DNA of 61,396 nucleotides, filler included. It is 7 parts of 7 records of this genome, joined end to end, with 100 filler letters (N's around TTAATTAATTAA, not from the genome) between each part and the next. Parts side by side here need not be neighbours in the genome. Positions count along the whole stretch, not along the records: positions 55,388 to 61,396 come from SRR31156797_18614; 6 more parts are not named here. One strand, written 5' to 3'. The notes beneath the pieces are model-generated. The model saw only the letters and a program-made list of their open reading frames with translations. It searched no databases and was not told the origin of the DNA. Positions 55,653 to 61,396 of the stretch are shown here, one piece after another (positions within the stretch are counted from its first letter, which is position 1; each line of letters opens with the position of its first letter). The position numbers and the translations under genes are program-made.

Positions 55653-57002
55653 ATGTCAATCAATTTCAGAACGGAAGGAGATATTAATTTTTCACCTGAA
55701 CGGGAAAAATGGAATCAATCAATTTGTGATGAACAAACAATTCAACTTCTGAATGAAGACTCCAAATACTTCTTCCACCAATATATGTCAACTCCATGTT
55801 TAGACGTGCTGAAAGAATGTGAGGGTAGCAAAATTACTACAATAACCGGGAAAAAGATCCTCGATTTTCATGGCAATAGCGTACACCAGGTTGGATTTAG
55901 CAATCCATTTGTTATTAACCAAATTAAAAAGCAACTTGAAAGCTTATCTTTTTCTACCCGCCGATTTACCAATGCTCCGGCAATAGAACTGGCGAAAAAG
56001 TTAATTAGTAAAATGCCCAACGAAAACTACCGGGTACTTTTTGCTCCCGGAGGTACCTCAGCTGTAGGAATGGCATTAAAACTGGCTCGTGCTGTAACCG
56101 GGAACCACAAAGTTGTTTCACTTTGGGATTCATTTCATGGTGCTTCACTTGACTCCATATCGGCCGGTGGAGAAGCCAGTTTCCGTCAACATATGGGACC
56201 TATGATGCCTGGTGTTTTACACATTCCTCCGCCAACCACTTATCGCGGTATTTTTGGAGATACCGATGAAGACCACCTAAAATACGCCAACTACCTTGAG
56301 TACATTATTGAGAAAGAAGGAGGTGTAGGTGCCTTCATTTCAGAAACAATTAGAAATACCGATGTACAAGTACCTACAAAAGCCTATTGGAAGAGAATTC
56401 GTGAAATTTGCAATAAACATAATATTATTCTTATCCTGGATGAAATATCTATTGGAATGGGACGACCAGGTAAACAATTTGCTTTTGAGCATTACGGTAT
56501 CGAACCAGACATAGTTTGTCTTGGCAAAGGTCTGGGGGGTGGAATTTTTCCAATGGCTGCAATGATTGGCCGCTCGGAATTTAATATTGCACCCGAAATT
56601 TCATTAGGACATTACACCCACGAAAAAAATCCGGTTGGATGCACAGCAGCACTGGCAACTATCGAATACATCGAAAAAAGAAGATTACTTGAAAAAGTAC
56701 AGAAAGACAGCCTCTTTATTCAAGCCAGACTCAACGAGTTTAAACAAAAATATAATCTGATTGGACATGTTCGTGGAATTGGTTTTTTATGGGGCATTGA
56801 ACTGGTTAAAGACAGAACCACCAAAGCAAAAGCCAATGATATTGCAGAAAAAATCATGTACGAATGCCTGCAAAACAGATTAAGCTTTAAGGTTTCGCAA
56901 GGAAATGTACTAATGCTTGCCCCTGCTTTAACCATAACTGAAACCGAACTAGAAGAAGCATTAGACGTGCTTGAGAATGCCATACAGAAGTTTAATCTAT
57001 AA
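55653..57002 (+). CDS. pbfA: Class III aminotransferase-fold enzyme, PbfA-like (R)-1-hydroxy-2-aminoethylphosphonate ammonia-lyase
   Basis: RTEGDIN..HQYMSTPCLD, DFHGNSVHQVG, WDSFHGASLD, LILDEI, LGKGLGGG (PLP Lys), GHYTHEKNP, LSFKVSQGN; directly after phnW. Confidence 0.75.
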   Translation: MSINFRTEGDINFSPEREKWNQSICDEQTIQLLNEDSKYFFHQYMSTPCLDVLKECEGSKITTITGKKILDFHGNSVHQVGFSNPFVINQIKKQLESLSFSTRRFTNAPAIELAKKLISKMPNENYRVLFAPGGTSAVGMALKLARAVTGNHKVVSLWDSFHGASLDSISAGGEASFRQHMGPMMPGVLHIPPPTTYRGIFGDTDEDHLKYANYLEYIIEKEGGVGAFISETIRNTDVQVPTKAYWKRIREICNKHNIILILDEISIGMGRPGKQFAFEHYGIEPDIVCLGKGLGGGIFPMAAMIGRSEFNIAPEISLGHYTHEKNPVGCTAALATIEYIEKRRLLEKVQKDSLFIQARLNEFKQKYNLIGHVRGIGFLWGIELVKDRTTKAKANDIAEKIMYECLQNRLSFKVSQGNVLMLAPALTITETELEEALDVLENAIQKFNL

Positions 57003-57086
57003 ATCACTTTTTGGCATGTTATATAAAACTCAGGAAACATTTAGTTTACATAAGCAGTGCATCTTTCGGTTATAAAATTAAGGGAA

Positions 57087-58019
57087 ATGAAACGAAGAAC
57101 ATTTTTAGGAACAACACTCGCTACAGGGTTATCTCTCAACTCCATATGGTCTTTTGCAAGTACATCTTCACCAAAAGAAAAACTTTTTAGAATTGTGCAC
57201 ATTACCGACATGCACATTTCTGAAAATCCAAAGATTGAAAAAGGCATTAGCACAATGTTAAGCAAAATAAAATCCTTAAAAGAACAACCAGATTTTATAC
57301 TTAATACCGGAGACAATATTGGTGATGCTTTAAAACACACCAAAGAAGAAGTAGAAAGCCAATGGCAAGCCTGGCAAAAATACTTCAAACAGGACCTGGG
57401 ATATCCTTTACGCTCGTGTATTGGAAACCATGATGTTTGGGGCTGGGGAATCAATGATAAAGAACTGGTTAAAGATCCGCAATATGGGAAAAACTGGGCT
57501 CTGTCGATGTTAAACCTGGAGCATCGGTATTATTCATTCGAACACAAAGGCTGGAAATTTATTTGCCTCGATAGCCCAATGTTTGCAGGAGTAAAAAAAG
57601 CATATACTGCCCAACTCGATGATGAACAATACAAATGGCTGGAAAATGAACTTAAAAAAACCAATCCGGAAATACCTGTTTGTATTGTTTCGCATATACC
57701 AATTTTATCTGCTTCCGTATTTTACGATGGAGACAACGCAAAAGATGGAGACTGGAAGATACCAGGAGCCTGGATGCATATCGACTCAAAAAAAATAAAA
57801 TCACTTTTTTACAAACATAAAAACGTAAAAGCTGCACTTAGCGGCCACGTCCATTTAGCTGATAAAACAGAATATCTTGGTGTCCACTATCATTGCAACG
57901 GTGCAGCTTGTGGTGGTTGGTGGAAAGGAAATTACCAGGAATTTGGCCCGGCTTACGCAATAGTTGACTTTTTCTCCGACGGAACTGTAAACACCGAGCT
58001 TGTACCCTATAAATTCTAG
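57087..58019 (+). CDS. Tat-exported calcineurin-like metallophosphoesterase
   Basis: MKRRTFLG Tat signal; TDMH, TGD, GNHD, SHIP, SGHVH. Confidence 0.88.
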   Translation: MKRRTFLGTTLATGLSLNSIWSFASTSSPKEKLFRIVHITDMHISENPKIEKGISTMLSKIKSLKEQPDFILNTGDNIGDALKHTKEEVESQWQAWQKYFKQDLGYPLRSCIGNHDVWGWGINDKELVKDPQYGKNWALSMLNLEHRYYSFEHKGWKFICLDSPMFAGVKKAYTAQLDDEQYKWLENELKKTNPEIPVCIVSHIPILSASVFYDGDNAKDGDWKIPGAWMHIDSKKIKSLFYKHKNVKAALSGHVHLADKTEYLGVHYHCNGAACGGWWKGNYQEFGPAYAIVDFFSDGTVNTELVPYKF

Positions 58020-58218
58020 TTTATCTAAAATTTAAGACAGTATGTGCAAAACATAATCTTCACCATCTCCATTTTTTTTGGGGCATTGTAATTAAAAATC
58101 ATAACCCACTGATTCAGTAATGATTGACTTTCAGCGAAAGCCAAAACAGGAATAATATGTACTAAAAACAGGTATTTGAAAACTTTAATAATAGTTCTTA
58201 ATCAAAATTAATTCATTC

Positions 58219-61200
58219 ATGAAACACTTTATTTTTACAATTGGATTTTTACTTTTGGGCACATTCCTTTTTGCCCAGAAAATTGAAATCACCGGTAAAG
58301 TCTCTGAAAAAAACGGAGCCTACTTACCAGGTGTAACCATTATGGAAAAAGGAACATCAAATGGAACAGTATCCGATTCGGAAGGACATTTTCGTATTGA
58401 GGTAAATGAGAATGCAACCTTACATTTCTCATTTATTGGCTATGCAGCAAAAGAAGTTGCTATTGGTGATAAACAGCAAATTAATGTAATGCTTGAAGAA
58501 GATCTTCAGGAAATTGACGAAGTTATTGTAACTGCATTGGGTATTAGCCAGGAGAAAAAGGCACTAGGTTATGCCACCCAGGAAGTTAGCTCAGAGAAAA
58601 TAACCAGTGTAAATGCACCCAACATGGGAAACATGTTAAGCGGGCAGGTTGCTGGCTTAACAGTTAACACCCGAACAGGGATTTTTCAAAGTCCTGAGTT
58701 TGAACTTCGTGGGAAAGAACCGCTTATTGTTGTTGACGAGATTCCGGTTGAAACCGACTTTTTTGATGTTTCATCTGCCGATATCGAGAATATTGTGGTG
58801 TTAAAAGGGCCAACTGCTTCTTCGCTTTATGGTTCACGCGGAAGAAATGGTGCGATATTAATAACGACAAAAAAAGCCAAAAAGGATGGACTGAGCATCT
58901 CTGTCTCAAACAGCACTATGGTATCAGCGGGTTACACGGTTTTTCCGGAAACTCAAACAGAATACGGTAACGGATCAAACGGATTATATGAATTCTGGGA
59001 TGGAAAAGACGGTGGTATCTCTGACGGTGATATGATTTGGGGTCCAAAATTTTCTGACAACCTGGAGATTGCCCAGTGGAACAGTCCTATACTCGACAAT
59101 GTAACCGGAGAAACCATTGAATGGTGGGGAGATGTTTCAGGAACACAATACGACAACAAAGCTCGCTATTCGAGGGTTCCTATTGCCTGGGAATATCACA
59201 ATAACCTAAAAGATTTTATGCAAACTGCGGTTATTTCAACCACAAATTTTTCAGTTGCCAGTAAAAACAAAAAATCGTCGACACGTTTTTCCGGCTTCTA
59301 CCAGTCTGAAAAAGGTAGGGTTCCAAATACAAAGTTAAAAACCGGGGGATTAACATTTAATGGTTTATATAATTTAACCGACAACCTTACCCTGGACGCT
59401 AAATTGTCGTACAACAAAGTTTATTCGCCAAACTATCCGCGCTACGGTTATGGCCCCAAAAACCACATGTACACAATACTCGTTTGGATGGGTGATGATG
59501 TTAATGGTAAAGACCTTAAAGAACACATGTATGTTCCGGGCCAAGAAGGCTACCGCCAGGCAAACTTCAACTACGCCTGGTATAACAACGTTTATTTTGC
59601 CGCTTACGAGTTAAATCAGAAATACGACCAAAATACCACAAACGGACAGGTAAAACTTAAATGGGATATTACCAACGATTTAAGTATTCAGGGAAGGGCT
59701 TCAGCTGTTTTAAAACACACCTTTAAAGATATGGAAAGTCCTAAATCGTACATGAATTACAGCGATTCGAGAGAAGGTGATTATAAAACATGGAATGTTG
59801 ATCAGATTAATATCGACAACGATATCTTGTTGTCGTATAAAAAAGATTTTTCTGAAAAATTTGGTTTAAGTGCCAATATGGGGGCATCAATGTTTTACAA
59901 AAAATACCAAACCGAATACAGTGCCACAGACGGTCTTGTGGTTCCATGGGTTTACAACCTTAGTAACTCATCGGGAAATGTAACTGCATCAAACGGATTA
60001 ACAGAAAAAGAAACCCGGAGTGTTTTCGGCACCCTTTCGGTGGATTTTATAGATGCTTTTTTCCTTACACTAACTGGCCGTAACGATTGGTCATCGGCTT
60101 TGCCCGAATCAAATAACTCCTATTTCTACCCTTCTGTTTCGTTAAGTACGCTTGTTTCTAACCTTGTACAACTCCCAAAAGCGTTCGATTACCTGAAAGT
60201 TTACGGTTCATGGGCAGAAGTATCAAGCGACCTTTCCGCTTATCAAATATCATCGTATTACCAAAATGAAGGGATGTACAACGGAAATTCAAAGGTTAGT
60301 TATCCTGAAGTTATTGTCAATCCGAATATAAAACCTGAAAAATCAACATCTTTTGAATTAGGAATTTCTTCCGTATTCCTTAAAAACAGACTTGGAGTTG
60401 ATCTTACATATTACAATATTGTTGATGAAAATCAAATTATTAACCTGGATATCTCTGAGGCCAGTGGTTTTGAATCGAGAAAAGTAAATGGAAACGAATA
60501 TACCACCAATGGTTTTGAGATAATGTTAAAGGCCAATCCCGTTCGTAAAAATAATTTCAAATGGGACCTTGGTTTAAACTGGACTACCAGTGTTAAAAAG
60601 ATTACAAAAATATATGGTGGGGCCGACAAATACGATTACCATTCGCTTAACGAACGAACAGACAATTACTATGCAACAGTATGGCAGAAAAGTGCAGATG
60701 GTAGACTAATAGTTGATGAAAACGGAATGCCTATAAAAGACGCCTATAAACGAAATGTTGGGCATAAGGATCCGGATTGGAGGTTTGGCTTACAAAACAG
60801 TTTTAAAATTAACAACCTTACCATCGGGCTTGATTTCGACGGCGTAGTTGGCGGGTTAATGTGGTCGAAAACAGTACAAAAAATGTGGTGGGGCGGCAAA
60901 CATCCCAACTCTACCGAATACAGGGATGCAGAATATGCTGCAGGAGCTCCAGTTTATGTTCCCGATGCAGTTACTGTTGTAAGTGGCGATGTATCGTATG
61001 ATACCGACGGGAATATAATTTCTGACACACGCGAATACGCAGAAAACACAACAAAGGTGAGCTGGCAAACATGGTGTCAGAACTATCCTTATCGCGCTGT
61101 TGTTACCCAAGACGAAAATGAAAAATTTGCCAATATATTTGACCGAAGTTATATAAAACTACGAAAGCTATCGTTTAACTACGACCTTACCGACCTCATT

Positions 61201-61359
61201 AAAATAAATGCGTTTAAAAAAGTTGAAGCTACAGCCTACGGTTATAACCTGTTAATTCTGAAAAAGGCAGATATTATTGACCCTGATTTTGGGAACGATG
61301 ATGACTTGCAAGATCCGTCAACAAGATGGATTGGCCTGGGCTTAAATGTAACTTTCTAA
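58219..61359 (+). CDS. susC: SusC/RagA family TonB-dependent outer-membrane transporter
   Basis: N-terminal CarboxypepD-like domain (LPGVTI..GTSNGTVSD), IENIVVLKGPTASSLYGSRGRNGAILITTK, RNDWSS, FYPSVS, IKPEKS, C-terminal Phe. An ATG at 61390 probably begins the partner susD. Confidence 0.93.
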   Translation: MKHFIFTIGFLLLGTFLFAQKIEITGKVSEKNGAYLPGVTIMEKGTSNGTVSDSEGHFRIEVNENATLHFSFIGYAAKEVAIGDKQQINVMLEEDLQEIDEVIVTALGISQEKKALGYATQEVSSEKITSVNAPNMGNMLSGQVAGLTVNTRTGIFQSPEFELRGKEPLIVVDEIPVETDFFDVSSADIENIVVLKGPTASSLYGSRGRNGAILITTKKAKKDGLSISVSNSTMVSAGYTVFPETQTEYGNGSNGLYEFWDGKDGGISDGDMIWGPKFSDNLEIAQWNSPILDNVTGETIEWWGDVSGTQYDNKARYSRVPIAWEYHNNLKDFMQTAVISTTNFSVASKNKKSSTRFSGFYQSEKGRVPNTKLKTGGLTFNGLYNLTDNLTLDAKLSYNKVYSPNYPRYGYGPKNHMYTILVWMGDDVNGKDLKEHMYVPGQEGYRQANFNYAWYNNVYFAAYELNQKYDQNTTNGQVKLKWDITNDLSIQGRASAVLKHTFKDMESPKSYMNYSDSREGDYKTWNVDQINIDNDILLSYKKDFSEKFGLSANMGASMFYKKYQTEYSATDGLVVPWVYNLSNSSGNVTASNGLTEKETRSVFGTLSVDFIDAFFLTLTGRNDWSSALPESNNSYFYPSVSLSTLVSNLVQLPKAFDYLKVYGSWAEVSSDLSAYQISSYYQNEGMYNGNSKVSYPEVIVNPNIKPEKSTSFELGISSVFLKNRLGVDLTYYNIVDENQIINLDISEASGFESRKVNGNEYTTNGFEIMLKANPVRKNNFKWDLGLNWTTSVKKITKIYGGADKYDYHSLNERTDNYYATVWQKSADGRLIVDENGMPIKDAYKRNVGHKDPDWRFGLQNSFKINNLTIGLDFDGVVGGLMWSKTVQKMWWGGKHPNSTEYRDAEYAAGAPVYVPDAVTVVSGDVSYDTDGNIISDTREYAENTTKVSWQTWCQNYPYRAVVTQDENEKFANIFDRSYIKLRKLSFNYDLTDLIKINAFKKVEATAYGYNLLILKKADIIDPDFGNDDDLQDPSTRWIGLGLNVTF

Positions 61360-61396
61360 TAGTTGTTGAATTAATAAAGATTACAAAAAATGAAAA

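Overview
This window is not one locus. It is seven unrelated contig fragments joined by artificial 100-bp linkers (44 N + TTAATTAATTAA + 44 N) at 10034-10133, 19544-19643, 24962-25061, 36007-36106, 42044-42143 and 55288-55387. Taxonomic guesses below are inferred from composition and gene content. Fragments 1, 2, 3 and 5 are very AT-rich and Arcobacteraceae-like. Fragment 1 has an rraA / GGCT / membrane-TPR / ovoA operon (ovoA is missing from the ORF track), a lipoprotein and NlpC/P60 pair, an SDR, a hypothetical and an RND end. Fragment 2 has a Fur-boxed FecI/FecR/FecA-like cassette, a PepSY iron-release module and the start of serS. Fragment 3 has aspA-dcuA-ansB plus a two-component system. 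Fragment 5 has ABC-F, thiD, thiE, cbiX, a phasin-like gene, pdxH, an EAL protein and an ABC1 kinase. Fragment 4 (25062-36006, higher GC, Desulfobacteraceae-like) holds a complete type I-C CRISPR-Cas operon behind an HTH-WYL-WCX regulator. It also has a GGAC-N7-GTCC candidate operator before cas3, a Cas7 with a ~55-aa insertion, an IHF-site leader, and a one-spacer array whose second repeat is cut off and fused to the 3' end of a convergent gene. Fragments 6 and 7 are Bacteroidota-like. Fragment 6 is a glycoside hydrolase cluster with two decayed gene relics (an ECF sigma and a GH89). Fragment 7 is a phnW / pbfA-like / Tat metallophosphoesterase / susC locus that looks like a phosphonate-utilisation locus. 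The best candidates for a new system are the WYL-controlled I-C locus, the phosphonate SusC locus and the ovoA operon. All family calls come from motif recognition; no database searches were run.
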